A stretch of 64,000 bases of DNA from Squalus acanthias. Lineage: Eukaryota. Position 1 is the first letter of the stretch. Each line of letters opens with the position of its first letter. This document shows, piece by piece, positions 22,050 through 36,235 of the stretch. The DNA lies in NCBI GenBank assembly GCA_030390025.1, contig CM059431.1:120034001-120098000 (forward strand), written 5' to 3'. Under the pieces are notes generated by a model. The model saw only the letters and a list, made by a program, of their open reading frames with translations, did no database searches and was not told the origin of the DNA. A program made the position numbers and the translations under genes.

Positions 22050-24341
22050 TGATGTGCAGAAATGGAGGGAGCGGGCCTAAGTATAAGTTTTGTGTGATTC
22101 CAGTCTTCCCTCATTCACCAACCTTAATAGGCCTCGACGACTATTGCATCTTCTTTCATCTTCAGGACTACTTTGCTCCTTTAAGGTCCTTCACTACCTC
22201 TTGCAGTACTCCAGTAACATCCCCACTGAAGCACTGCCTCAGTTTCCTCTTTGGTCATGGTGGGCTTCCTGTTGGCAGTGGGAATTCCGCTAGGAGCCGC
22301 ACTGCATGGCTAATAAACCCTAACCCAAGAAATTGGGTTGGGGCTGAAGGGTGGAAAGTACCCTGCCACTGGAAGGGCATCATGAGGGTAACTGTAGGTT
22401 TATTCCTCCAATAGACCGCACTGCCTGATGCACAACCTCTTATTTGAACGTTTGTTGATTTTTATTCATATTTAAAAAATAGACACTTGTAGATATTAGC
22501 TAATTTTAAGAACATAAGAAATAGGAGCAGGAGTAGGCCATATGGCCCCTTGAGCTTGCTCCGCCATTCAATAAGACCATGGCTGATCATCGACCTCAAC
22601 TCCACTTTCCTGCCCGATCTCCATATCCCTTGATTCCCCTAGAGTCCAAAAATCTATCTATCTCAGTCTTGAATATACTCAAAGACTCAGCATTCACAGC
22701 CCTCTTGGGCAGAGAATTCCAAAGATTCACAACCCTCTGAGTGAACACATTACTCCTCATCTCGGTCTTTAATGGCCTACCCCTTATCCTGAGACTATGC
22801 CCCCTAGATCTAGACACTTCCGCCAAGGGAAACAACCTGTCAGCATCTACCCTGTAAATCCCCTTCAGAATCTTTTATGTTTCAATGAGATCACCTCTCA
22901 TTCTTCTATACTCCAGAGAGTATAGACCCATTCTACACAATCTCATCATAGGACAGCCCTCTCATCCCAAGAATCAATCTAGTGAACCTTTGTTGCACCG
23001 CCTCCAAGGCAAGTATATCCTTCCTTCGATAAGGAGATTAAAAATGTGCACAGTACTCCAGGTATGGTCTCACCAAGGCCCTGTACAATTATAGTAAGAC
23101 TTCCTTACTCTTATACTCCAACCCCCTTGCAATAAAAGTCAACATGCCATTTGCCTTACTTATTGCTTGCTGTACCTGCATGCTAGGCTTTCAGTGTTTC
23201 TTGCATGAGGACACCCAAATCTCTCTGAACACCAACATTTGAAAGTTTCTCAGCATTTAAAAAATATTCTGTTTTTCTATTCTTCCTACCAAAGTGAATA
23301 ACCTCACATTTCCCTACATTATACTCCATCTGCCACCTTACTGCCCACTCACTTAGTCTATCTATATCCCTTTGCTGACTCTTTGTGTGAAGGGATAATT
23401 ACAAGTCCTAGCCCTTTCGGACTACCCCAGATCAGGCATATTCCCCAAACGTTTACCTTCAACTAAAGTTTGCGGTAGCCAGATCCCATAAGACGCTTAA
23501 TTGGGTCGAAAGGTCAGACTACCTCTCCCTAAAGGAAAGAAATGGTCTGAAGATGTTACCGTTCTCTGGATAGTATTTTTAATAAGTTTAACAAGACTGT
23601 AACCTTCTGGATATTATGAGGGTCCGGAATACCCCCCAGAATTCTGCAACTCCTTTGAGTGTACAGAATTTGAGTTTGCAAGATGATACAGAAATACTCT
23701 TTGAGACTATTCTAAAAATATATAGATTTATTAACGAACCGACATTTAGATAACATTTATTATGGCAATCGTAACTTTAATCGTTCAAAATACAAATAAC
23801 TTACATTTCTTATTCTCAGAGATCCTTATTCTCAAATCTTAACTTCGTTACATTTCCACACTTCTACTTATTTAATAATCCAGAATATCCACCAAAATCA
23901 AATACCTTGATTACCCGAGACTCAAAATTTGTAAACTTACAGAGAATGTCTGTAAAGTTGAGAAACGCTTGTCTTCCCAGCGACTTCTGACTCTCCATCT
24001 GAAAAGCTCTCATTTTTAGATCTTTTTTTAGGTGGCTTATCCTTTGAAGTTTTCCTGATGATGTAAGCTTAATAGTATCAAGTCATTCTTTGCTGACTTT
24101 GTTCTATTCTTTATTGTCATTTCAGCTGTCAGCTTTTAGACTTGTGTCCTGTTTAGGTGTTTCCAAAACCATCATAAACACAATGACAGCAATGGTATCT
24201 GTTTGATGCAATTCTTATCGAAGTCTTTCTATTGAATTTCTAATACTATTTTAACTGGTTATTATCAGTCGTTGTGACTCCATGGTATTCCAAGTTCAAT
24301 ACAAGAACAATGTAATTGCTTGGTGTATCCATTGAAGTAAT

Positions 24342-25077
24342 GGCCCAGAAATTGATCTCGCTCTGTTCCCGCGGGGGTAAGGAGCAGGCACGATCTCTCA
24401 CTCCGCGTTGGCTTTTTCAGATCCAGCTCGCACGAACTTGATGTTCTAGACATCAGCTGGGCAGTGCTTGCGTATCCCACCGGCGTAGTGAATTAGTGCG
24501 AGCTGTGGGATCACGTGACTCAGTTAGAGCCAATGGCAGCACACCATCTTCCATTCATAAGTTTCACATACGTGCTGTGAAAGCTATGAATCTTACACAC
24601 CCCCAAAATAACAGCTAAACCTCAATTAAATTAAAAAAAAACATCACATTAATAAAATAAGTATAGTTAAATAAATTAACCATTTTAAATAAAAAGTTAA
24701 ATTTTTGAAAAAATTTAAAATCTTTTAAAAAGTTATAAAAATAAACTTACCTGTCTTTAAAGTCTCTAAAAAATATATACCTGTTAAAAAAAATTCAACA
24801 TAATACTTAATTCACTACTTACCTTGTTAAAAGTGGGTCTTACTCCTCCTTTTTTCATTTCTAAAATCTTCCGTCCTTACCTGCGCGTCCAAAGCACTAA
24901 GTGCACAGCGTGCGCGCAGCCTGTAGCGCGCACGCGGTGCACCGAGGAACCGCCCCCTTTTCCAAAAACCAAGTGCCGGTTTTCAGCGCATGCGCAGTGC
25001 ATGCAGAAAACCCGCAATTGGAGAGAGAATACGCGAGAGTACGCGAGAATACGCGTAGCGGCATCAATTTTTGGCCC
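24342..25077. mobile_element. MITE family A copy 1 (Harbinger/Tourist-like)
   Basis: TIR ggcccagaaattgat / atcaatttttggccc; TSD AAT; reverse-complement homolog of 46376-47119. Confidence 0.9.
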
Positions 25078-25431
25078 AATATTTTCAAACTCGTCTTGTT
25101 TGTGTACCTTTTAGAACTTGTAAATATTTCATGCATTTCTATTTACTTCAATTGTTTTTTTATCAGACCTCGGGACTCCATATTTCAAGCTTAACATTAA
25201 AACTATTTGTTCAGCAGGCGTTTCTTTTACATGATGTCATTTCTTCAAAGCCTTCTGTAGGTATTATATTTATAATATGTAAATTGAAAACACTTTAACT
25301 CAGTGTTTACTTGTTTTCTAACTATCTCAATTGGTTGCATATTTAATCGTGTTTCCTGTCTTTAAGTTTAACATAAAACTTATTTTAAGACAGGTATTTC
25401 TTACTTGATGTCATTTTTTCAAAGGCACTTG

Positions 25432-26324
25432 GGGGGAGAAATTCAGTATCGCCCCGTTTGGGGCGCAATTATTGGCCGGGTGCAAAGATTAGCGCCTGGC
25501 GCTAATTATCGCCACTGACTGCAAACTTGACTTTTATCGCCCCTGGAGGTGATTGGAGCGCTAAATCAAGTGCTTTACACCTGTCTTAAGGCGCAAAGGC
25601 CGAGGAGCGAGGCGCTACCTCAGAGCGCTGGCGAAGCTCATGTGATGTCAGTCAGCAATGGAACACACACACAATGGCACGGGCCAGTTCTTAAAGGGAA
25701 TGGTTGATCTTGCTTTCCATCCACATCCTGCTCATTGCAACCTTGAATCTCGGCCTGGAGAGACCTGCACATCAAATCTGCTGGAAAGAACAATGGAGAG
25801 TACCAGGGAAAGAGCTCAGAGTGCAGCCCCCACAGCCTCTTCTAAATCGATACAAGGAAGGGCAAATCAAAATGAACCTGCAAAGTGCTGCTCAGTACCC
25901 AAAACTCCTTCACACAGCGTTGAATCTCTCCAGAAGTCTCTCTCCCTCTCTCTCAGAATGCGTGGTTCAAAAATGGCACCAACAATAAAAGGCAGGCAGC
26001 GGTCGCCTTTAAATAGCGTTCCCTCAGACCCTTCATGACTGCAAAACGCTCCCCTCAACCTGTCGTTGCTAGCATCAGGCGGTAAGGCAGGGGGCGCCAC
26101 TCAATATCCACTCCGGGGCGATACCGGGGCGTTGCACACTCGACTGACGTCACGATCTGCCGGCGCAGGAGATCGTGGCGGTAGTGTTTAGCGTCGCCGC
26201 AAAATGTCTAGTTAATTTCGCGAGCGGCGCAAACATCGCCGCGCCTGGGCGCTAGATGATTTGCGCCCCATTAGCGCCCTCTTAAGGCGCTAACGGGAGG
26301 CGCAACCAACTGAATTTTTCCCCC
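25432..26324. mobile_element. Non-autonomous Harbinger-like TIR element
   Basis: 16-bp TIR gggggagaaattcagt / actgaatttttccccc (1 mismatch); TSD TTG. Confidence 0.85.
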
Positions 26325-27681
26325 TTGGTTTTTTAAATGTTCTGTGCACCTGTTCGACGTGTTAGATTATAACACTTTACTTGGGTCATTCCATTGTTTT
26401 TCTCCCAAACTCTAGACATAGAGGAACCTCTAAATGGTTTGCTTCAATAGGGCATTGTCTTTGTCAATATCCCATTCCCATATCAAAGCTTGTGTTCACA
26501 GCTTTGTGTGAACAAACCATCTTATCTCATAAGCCTGTATTCTGTTTGCAGCCTGTGTCTGCTGAGGCTTATGTCTTTTAAACCCAGTATGTCATTTATT
26601 AATAATTTCAGAAATCTGTTTTTAGTTTCGTGTATTTTTCTGAATCCTGGCTATTCCTTCATATGTGTTCGCCTCACAGCTTACTGTCCCACCTAGCTTT
26701 GCATCATCAGCAAACTTGGATACATTATACTTGGTCCCTTCATCTAGGTCATTAATATAGATTGTAAATAGCTGAGGCCCCAACACTGATTCTTGCGGCA
26801 TCCCAATAGTTACAGCCTGCCAACCTGAAAAAGATCCGTTTATCCCAACTCTCTATTTTCTGTCCGTTAACCAATCCTCTATCCATACTATTATAATGCC
26901 CCCAAACCCATGAGCCCTAATCTTGTGTAATAACCTTTTATGTGGCACCTTATTGAATCCCTTTTGGAAATCCAAATATACTACATCCACTGGTTCCCTT
27001 TATCTACCCTGCTAGTTACATCCTCAAAAAACTCTAATAAATTTGTCAAACACGATTTCCCTTTCATCAAACCATGTTGACTGCCTGATCATGTTATGAT
27101 TTTCTAAGTGCCCTGATACCATATCCTTAACAATAGATTCCAGTGTTTTCCTGACAACTGATGTCAGGCTAACTGGCCTGTAGTTCCCTGATTTCTCTCT
27201 CCCTCCTTTCTTGAATAGCGGTGTTACATTTGCGACCTTCCAATCCGGGACAGTTCTAGAATCTAGGGAATTTTGGAAGATCAACACCAATGCATCCACT
27301 ATCACTTTAGCCACCTCTTTTAGAACCCTAGATATAGGCTGTCAGGTCCTGGGGATTTGTTGGCTTTTAGTCCCATTAGTTTCTCTAGTACTTTTTCTCT
27401 ACTTATATTAATTACGTTAAGTCCCTCACCTTCATTAGACCCTTGGTTCCCCACCATTTTTGGTATGCTTTTTGTGTCTTCTACTCTGAAGACAAATACA
27501 AAATATTTGTTTAACGTTTCTGCCATTTCCTTATTTCATAAATTGGCTGCCACGTTTCGCTGCATTACAACAGTGACTACACATAGAAACATAGAAACAT
27601 AGAAGATAGGAGCAGGAGTAGGCCATTCGGCCCCTCGAGCCTGCTCTGCCATTCGATGAGATCATGGCTGATCATCCAAAC

Positions 27682-30490
27682 TCAGTATCCTGTACCTGCC
27701 TTCTCCCCATATCCCTTGATACCTTTATCTTTAAGAAATATATCTAACTCATTCGTCAATATATTTAATGACTTGGCCTCAACTACCTTCTGTGGTAGAG
27801 AATTCCACAGGTTCACCACTCTCTGGGTGAAGAAATTCTTGCTCATTTCTATCCTAAATGGCTTACCCCTTATCCTTAGATTATGACCCCTGGTTCTGGG
27901 CTCTCCGACCATCGAGAACATTCTTCCTGCATCTAGTTTGTCCAGACCTGTCAGAATTTTATATGTTTCGATGAGATCCCCTCTCATTCTTCTATACTCC
28001 AGCGAGTATAAGACCAATCGAAACAATATCTCCTCATATGTCATTCCTGCCATCCCAGGTATCAGCCTTATGAATCTTCGCTGAACTCCTTCCATGGCAA
28101 GAACATCCTTCCTCAGATAAGGCGACCAAAACTGCACACAGTACTCAAGGTGTGGTCTCACCAAGACCCTGTACAACTGCAGCAGGACATCCCTGTTCCT
28201 ATACTCAAACCCTTTCGCTATGAAGGCCAACATACCATTTGCCTTCTTCACCGCCTGCTGCACCTGCATGCTTACCTTCAGCGACTGGTGCACAAGGACA
28301 CCCAGGTCTCGTTGCACCTCCCCTTCTCCCAATCTATTGCCAGTCAGATAATAGTCTGCCTTCCTGTTTTTGACACCAAAGTGGATAACCTCGCATTTAT
28401 CCACATTATATTGCATCTGCCACGCTTCTGCCCACTCACCCAACCTGTCCAAATCATCCTGGAGTTTCTCGGTATCCTCCTCGCAGCACACACGCCCACC
28501 CAGCTTTGTGTCATCTGCAAACTTGGAGATATTACATTTAGTTCCCTTATCTAGATCATTAATGTATATTGTGAATAGCTGGGGTCCAAGGACCGATCCC
28601 TGCGGTACCCCACTAGTCACTGCCTGCCACTCGGAAAAAGACCCATTAATTCCTACTCTCTGCTTTCTGTCCGCCAACCAGTTCTCAACCCAAGTCAATA
28701 CCTTGCCCCAATCCCATGTGCCTTAACTTTACACGCTAATCTCTTATGTGGGACCTTATCGAAAGCCTTTTGAAAATCCAAATACACCACATCTACTGGT
28801 TCTCCCTTATCTATTTTCCCAGTTACATCCTCAAAAAATTGCAGTAGATTAGTCAAGCACGATTTACCTTTTGAAAATCCATGTTGACTTTGTCCGATCC
28901 TGTCACTGTTTTTCAAGTGCTCAGCTATTACATCCTTTATAATGGACTCTAGCATTTTCCCCACTACCGATGTCAGGCTTACTGGTCTGTAATTCCCCGC
29001 TTTCTTTCTACCACCCTTTTTGAATAGTGGGGTAACATTAGCTACCCTCCAATCCATGGGTACAGTTCCAGATTCCATCGAATGTTGGAAGGTGATCAGC
29101 AATGCATCTACTATTTCTAGGGCCACTTCCTTAAGTACCCTAGGATGTAGATTATCAGGCCCTGGGGATTTATCGGCCTACAATCCCGTCAATTTCCCTA
29201 ACACCATTTCCCTGCAAATACTGATTTCTTTCAGTTCCTCCCTTTCATCAGACCCTATGTTCTCCAACATCTCTGGGAGGTTATTTGTGTCCTCCTTTGT
29301 GAAGACAGAACCAAAATATGCATTTAATTGGTCTGCCATTTCTTTGTTCCCCATTATAACTTCCCCCGCTTCTGACTGCAAGGGACCTACACTTGATTTC
29401 ACTAATCTTTTTCTCTTCACATATCTATAAAAGCTCTTACAGTCAGTTTTATGTTCCCTGCAAGCTTACTTTCATATTCTATTTTCCCCTTCTTAATTAA
29501 TCCCTTTGTCCTCCTTTGTTGAATCCTAAACTGCTCCCAATCCGCAGGGCTACCACTTTTTCTGGCCAATTTATATGCCCTCTCCTTGGATCTTATGCTA
29601 TCGCTAATTTCCCTTGTTAGCCACGGTTGAGTCACCCTTTTTGTTTTATTCTTATGCCACACTGGGATGAACAAATACTGTAGTTCATCCATGCAGTCTT
29701 TGAATGTTTGCCATTGACTATCCACCGTCAACCCTTTGAGTGACATTCCCCAATCAATCCTACCCAATTCGCGCCTCATACCATCGTAGTTTCCTTTATT
29801 TAAATTCAGGACCCTAGTCTCTGATTCAACTACTTCACTCTCGATCTTAATGAAGAATTCTATCATATTATGATCACTCTAACCCAAGGGACCTCGTACA
29901 ACAAGATTGCTAATTAATCCTTTCTCGTTACATAATACCCAGTCTAAGATGGCCTGATATCTGGTTGGTTCCTCGACATATTGTTCCAGAAAACCATCCC
30001 GTAAACATTCTAGGAATTCCTCCTCCACAGTATTTTTACTAATTTGGTTAGTCCAATCTATATGTAAATTAAAGTCACCCATGATGACTGCTGTGCCCTT
30101 ACTGCATGCTTCTCTAATTTCCCTTTTAATGCCATCCCCAACCTCCGTATTACTGTTTGGAGGTCTATATACCACTCCCACTAACGTTTTCTCCCCCTTG
30201 TTATTTCTCAGTTCTACCCATACAGATTCCGCATCATCAGAGCTAATATCCTTCCTTTCAATTGTGTTAATCCCCTCTTTAACCAGCAATGCTACCCCAC
30301 CTCCCTTTCTTTTTTGCCTATCTTTCCTAAATATTGAATACCCCTGGATGTTGAGTTCCCAGCCTTGGCCACCCTGGAGCCATGTTTCTGTAATCCCAAT
30401 CAAATCATATTCATTTACCTCTATTTGCGCAGCTAATTCATCCACCTTGTTCCGAATGCTCCTTGCATTAAGACACAAAGCCTTCAGGCT
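27682..30490 (-). pseudogene. CR1 ORF2 (APE endonuclease + RT), fragmented
   Basis: CLNARSI, GITETWL, VYRPP, MGDFN (29879..30478); RT in 28695..29126 and 27682..28698 with FADD. Confidence 0.95.
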
Positions 30491-30663
30491 TGTTTTTTTT
30501 AACGCTCTCAGACCTATATGAATTATTATTTACTGTGACCATGTTTGATTTAAACCGTTGAGTTCTTTGCCTTCTACTTTTGTTTTTCTCCTTCCTGTCT
30601 TTTGCTTTTATCCTTGTTTCCCTTTCCTCTGTCTCCCTGCTCTGTTCCCAACCCCCTTCCACT

Positions 30664-31610
30664 TTAGTTTAAACCCTTCCCAACAGCACTAGCAAACACT
30701 CCCCCTAGGACATCAGTCCCGGCCCTGCCCAGGTGCAGACCGTCCCGTTTGTACTGGTCCCACCTCCCCCAGAACCGGTTCCAATGACAAAGGAATTTGA
30801 ATCCCTCCCCCTTGCACCATTCCTCTAGCCACGTATTCATTTGAAATATCCTCCTATTTCTACACTGACTAGCACGTGGCACTGGTAGCAATCCTGAGAT
30901 TACTACCTTTGAGGTTCTATTTTTTAATTTACCTCCTAACTCCCTATATTCTGCTTTTAGGAACTCATCCCGTTTTTTCCCTATATCGTTGATGCCTATG
31001 TGCACCACGACAACTGGCTGTTCGCCCTCCCCCTCCAAAATGTTCTGTAGACGCTCCGAGACATCATTGACCCTTGCACCAGGGAGGCAGCACACCATCC
31101 TGAGTCTCGTTTGCGGCTGCAGAAACACCTATCTATTCCCCTTACAATTGAGTCCCCTATCACTATAGCTCTTCTGCACTTTTTCCTCCCAGCCTGTGCA
31201 GCAGAGCCACCCATGGTGCCAGGAAGTTGGCTGCTGCTGCCTTCCCCCGATAAGTCATCCCCAACTGTATCCAAAGTGGTATATCTGTTTGAGAGGAGGA
31301 TGGCCACAGGGGACCCTTGCACTACCTGCCTGCACCTCTTACTCTGCCTGGTGGTCACCCATTCACTTCCTGCCTGTACACCCTTTACCTGCGGTGTGAC
31401 CAACTCACTAAACATGCTATCCACGACGTTCTCAGCGTTGCGAATGCTCCAATATGCATCCATCCGCAGCTCCAGCACCGCAATGCGGTCTATCAGTAGC
31501 TGCAGCTGGATACACTTCCCACACACATGGTCGTCAGGGACACAGGAAGCGTCCCTGATTTCCCACATATAGCAGGAGGAGCATATCATGGGACGGAGCT
31601 CTCCTGCCAT
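30664..31610 (-). pseudogene. CR1 ORF1 (zinc finger, coiled coil, SGNH esterase), frameshifted
   Basis: CSSC...CGKC; IVIGDSIVRG; VHIGIND; DGLHL. Confidence 0.9.
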
Positions 31611-32821
31611 GACTTACTCTTTAATTAATTAATTAAAATTAAATTAAATGAATCCCACCAATTTCACTTCAATTAAATGATATACTCAAGGGCCCTTTCC
31701 CGACACTGGCCTCTGTAAAAAGCCCACAAAATTGAGTTTAACTACTTCAAAAGTACTTCATTGGTTGTAAAGTGCTTTGGGAGGTCTTGAAAGGAAAGGC
31801 ATGAGATAATGCATGTTCTTTCTTTTCATAAGATTATTTGCATTGGATTTAATTATTTTATTTTAATCACAAAGAACAGCTCATTTCCAGTAATTTGATC
31901 AAAACATAAATGATTTATAGTATTCCCTTAATTACATAATAATATTGCTATGTAAAAATTTGTAGTTAAACAATGGTTTGAAGAAAAGCTACTTACTCAT
32001 TTAAAAGATTTTGACTGGCAGAATAATCAATTTCACGTAGCGAACTGTAATGGATTTAAGTTAACACTTAATTAATGATGAGTTCGGCTAGGGACATATT
32101 AATAAACTGGAATGTTAGGAACAAGTGGGCGTCTTGGTTTCAAAGTGTCCTTTGTTTTATTTCCAACCACACTTCACTGGTTTTTACGAAGGAATGTTTG
32201 TAACAGTATGCTATACTTTGGGAGCAAATCATAGGTTTATAAACGAGAATGGGAGAAAACTTACAACTTCCTTACACAAACAGAAATGGCACTTGTTGGC
32301 TCACCTTACTGTCAGCACATGCTTTGGGACACCAAGAAAACAATACTTTGCACAATGATTAATGGAAATAGTTGAACCTAACATAAGTTATGATGCACTT
32401 ACGAATGCTTCACATCGTTACCAGCTGTTATCAGGGTGATTTTAACCCTGGTCCTCCCCCAGTTATTGTATTACATAGTATTTACTGCATAGAAACAGGC
32501 CATTCGGCCCAACAGATCCATGCCGGTTTCTGCAGAAACAGAGGGAGAGAGTCGGTGAGTGGGTGTTGAAAAGGGTTATAGAAGCTGCAGTAGTCGTCGA
32601 GGCCTACTGAGGTCAGCTTCATACCAGGTTGTTCCCGGGTATAAGCAAAGTGCTGTTTGTGCCTGTTACGAGGGCAGCAGCAACAGGTGAGCATGTGATT
32701 GGTATCAGAAAGAGAGTTGGTCGAGTGTCCTCTTGTGGTTAGTGGAGAAACATGGGATGTGGGGGTTTGAAGTATTTAGAGTGCTGGGGAGGGAGTGGTG
32801 CGGAGGAAGTGCTGTGTCCTG

Positions 32822-33094
32822 TTATAATACAGGGATGCAAAGATAGGAAGATATCATGCTCACCCTTGCTTTCCAGGTCAGGTTATTGAAGCACATCCGG
32901 CACTGTACCCACATCCCGGGGCCGATGGTGCAGGCATTGACATTGTCTGCCACCTCCCTCCAGGCCTGTTGCAACATCTGCGTGGGCAGCTTTATGCCCT
33001 CTAAGGGAAACAAGACCTGCCTGTGTGCCCTCACCTGCTCCACTATCACCAGCACCGCTGTATCTGAGAAGCGATGTGCTCTTGCCTGAGACAT
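32822..33094 (-). pseudogene. Harbinger Myb/SANT-like first-exon remnant
   Basis: ARAHRFSD...QVLFP...WREVA...WVQCRMCFNNL followed by GTGAG donor. Confidence 0.8.
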
Positions 33095-35581
33095 ATTGAT
33101 GTGCTAGTGGCAGCACTGAATTAAACTGAGTTGAATGACACCAGGCTTTAAGAGGCACGTTCATTCTTTAAATGGGGTAATGGGCCCACCGGAAATCCCG
33201 CCCTCCAATTGGACGGGCTGCTCCGCACCACTGGACATGCCTGGGCAGCCTGCCAATGAAATGTAAATAAGGCTTGACCATTAAAATGGTGTGGGCCTCA
33301 GACTGATGACATCGGGTGGGCCAACGTTCACTTAAAAATGGCCTGTAGGTAAAATCGGCCCTATGGTATCCAAAATTAACAAAAAATTGACAAACGCTCA
33401 ATGAAAGGCTGCTTTTTTCAATAAAAGATCAAACCCTTCCAAATCTGAATTATTAGCCCCAATTTTAAATCAGGATGGGAATCGGGTGGGCTAGGGCCAA
33501 GAGAAACCATCCTGAGCACAGGGAAGGTCCCCGACACTCAGGTAAGTCACAGAGAGGGTCAGGAGGGCCTTATGATCAGGAAGGGGAGGCTCAGATCGTG
33601 AGGACAGCGGAGGCCTAAACTTTCCTTGTGGGGCCTGGAGGAGCACTCCTGCTGCTCCTGGTCCCACAAGGAAAGTAAAAGACAAGTTAAGAAGCTAACC
33701 TCTTCTGGCACCTACCTTCATCTGGTGGGAAAGCCACAGAAGCTTCCCCACTCAGGCCACAAGTTAAAATAGCAGTCGGGCACCAATGATGTAACTGGAG
33801 CCTGAACTGTATATTTAGAGAAGGACCCCACTGGTTCCTTGCCGCCTGCTCAGAAAGCAGGTTAAAATTATAGACTAGAAGTAGGAAGTGGGTAGTTGGT
33901 GGGTAATTCCCCCGGGGGGATTTTTACTGTCCGTCTGCCCAGCTTCTGCCAGCTTCTGCCAGGCAGACAGGGTAAAAACTTTCCCAATTCAAAGTGCACG
34001 GTAGGTTAACTTTTTCTGTGCTCACCCAATTACTTGACTCGGATTTCACATTTTATTCCAAGCACATTCCCTACAGTGCTACAGCATCCGTTCATCTATC
34101 CATGGCAATTTCATTACTTTAGACAAACAAAACTTTGGTCTTTTGTCTGTACGGGCTCATTTTGCAGCAGTGGTAAATTGATTATTGGAAAAAAATGCAA
34201 ATAACTTGTGCACTAAATGAAAATCAATTGGCCTAAAATAATTGCAGAAGTTCAAACAAGGATTGATGTTCCGTTTATTTTTTAGAGATTTCAATGCAGA
34301 CAGACAGCGGACATGTGGAAAGGGTACTACAACTTTAAGGACATCTGTAGGTTAGAGACATTGCTATCTCTTAATTACAATTTAATTCAAATTGTATTTA
34401 ATTTCAAGAGGTGCCATCTGTGCAATTTTACTGAGAGCACTGAAAGGTTCTTAGACTAATAAATGAACGGTTGGGGGAGCTGTAGTGTTTTGTTCCTTTT
34501 CCTGATGGACGAGGGCCAATGAAAAAAGAAACAGTTACGGATGAATGTAAAGTTCCAAGAAATGATGGTTGATTAGACGATGAAGATAGGTCTCCTTTAA
34601 AGATGATCAAAGGAGTGAACAGTGCCAACCCGGCACCAAATTTGCCCCAAGGTTTCCAAGGTAAAGAATAAAACTGTGTCAGGCCAATAACTATTCTTGG
34701 CAATCTGCATTTTCCCACGTACTATTTTATACGCACTTCTGATATTGAATCCAGGAAATTAACAAGCATGTGCATTTATATATTACAATTTTACACAGCT
34801 GCAGAGAAACTGCAGATTTTGTAAAGGATGCATTTAGACTGTCAAAAAAGTTTGCAAATGAGGCCAGACGTGATTCTGAGCTTTTTTTGAGACTACAGAA
34901 GCTCCTTTTGACACAGAGACAGACCTGCATTTGTTAACTTTCTCTGTTAACTCACTAAAGGTTACATTTATGAATAACCCTTGCTTAACATATCTTCAGT
35001 CAATTGGTGCTGAAGGTTCTTTCACTTTTAGTGACCGCTTTCTCCTCTAACCAGCAATTCACAAATTGGTTAAAATGCATCAGATAGCCACAGAGTATTT
35101 TGAATTTGTCTGAAAATTTAAAAACATAACATGCTGATGGAAGACAGCTCTTTCTGGCTTTCTCTACCCCTAGTGCTAAATAGCTCATATGCCACATGAT
35201 ATTTCTTCAGTGTATTTACTTGCTCTTGTTATTGCTGTCGAGCTATCAGTTCTTTAAAACTGTATATCCCAACATGTCAGTAAAATACATAGCATTGTCG
35301 ATACGATTAAGTTAATAGACCGCTGCCAAATAATGCACATCAGCTGTTGGATTATGAAATTTTTTAATTTGTTCCCTCAGGCCAGAAAGTGTTTTTCCTC
35401 CTTCTGTGTTTGTTTTTGTTTGCAATTCTGGTTAAGCGTAAACGTAAAAGGATATTTAATATGATTTTTTTCTCATTGTGATATATTTCTAAATAAGATT
35501 ACAGACAAAAAAAAGAAGCTGTGACTGGCTGGGAACCACTGGAAAATTTACAATAAACGTACTGTTTCATTGCAGTCTAAA

Positions 35582-36235
35582 GGGGGAAAAATTGGGTCGC
35601 ACACCCTTTGGGGCACTAACTTCGCCCCGAAAAAGTTAGCGCCCCCGCACCCGAAATTGAATTGTAGCGCCCCAAGCAGGAGGTGGGGCGCTACTGGATG
35701 TGCTCCCCCTCCCTCTTGGGTTGCTACCATTCAATATCGCAGCGCTACGTGCAACAGCGCCATGCGCGTCGGCACGTAGCGCCGCGGTATTACAGACCTC
35801 TCTCCCCTGATTAAAGGGGAGGGGCCTAGCGCAGCGCGCTCCGTGGCCCTGCTGGACCACCGAGGAGTGGGTTGCCAGCAAAAGAGACCAGCACTCAAGA
35901 GGAATGCCGGGCTGACCGATCGCGGCCAGCACCCCGCAAGAGGAGGCGGAAGGGGGCAGGTGCTGGCAGGCGGTCCAAAAAAAAGGGCCGCCTGGCACCT
36001 GCCCTTTAATTTGCGCGGCCGCGGCTGCAAACACAGCACCCTGACCCTGTCCGGTGCTAGGTCAGGGGGCGCAAACAAAGTTGGCGGCCATGGCACGAGC
36101 GGGGCGTTGCGCACGGAGATGACATCATCGCCGGAGGCACAGCTCCGCGGGTCGCTACCGGCTACCGCCACCGCTAACCTCCCGCTGAAATTTGGGACGC
36201 TAACGGGAGGCGCAAAGCAACCCAATTTTTCCCCC
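35582..36235. mobile_element. GC-rich Harbinger-like MITE
   Basis: 19-bp TIR gggggaaaaattgggtYgc; internal similarity to 50699-51471. Confidence 0.85.

Larger units (their letters stand above)
23388..26663 (-). mobile_element. Solo LTR, family B copy 2, containing two MITEs
   Basis: Both ends match the reverse complement of the 5561-6689 ends; TSD TGTG (23384-23387 and 26664-26667). Confidence 0.85.
22508..27535 (-). mobile_element. 5'-truncated CR1 LINE, interrupted at 23388-26663
   Basis: agaacataagaaatagg tail; ORFs 22596..22835, 27024..27314 and 27320..27526 with CR1 RT motifs; sequence rejoins across the insertion. Confidence 0.9.
27581..31740 (-). mobile_element. Near full-length CR1 LINE (~4.2 kb) inserted in a SINE remnant
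   Basis: (acatagaa)n tail; ORF1 and ORF2 in order; SINE sequence on both flanks with actac repeated. Confidence 0.95.

Noticed and set aside
25658..26038. 126-aa ORF in a TIR element
   Set aside because: At most a few codons resemble a Myb-gene start; the rest has no coding signature
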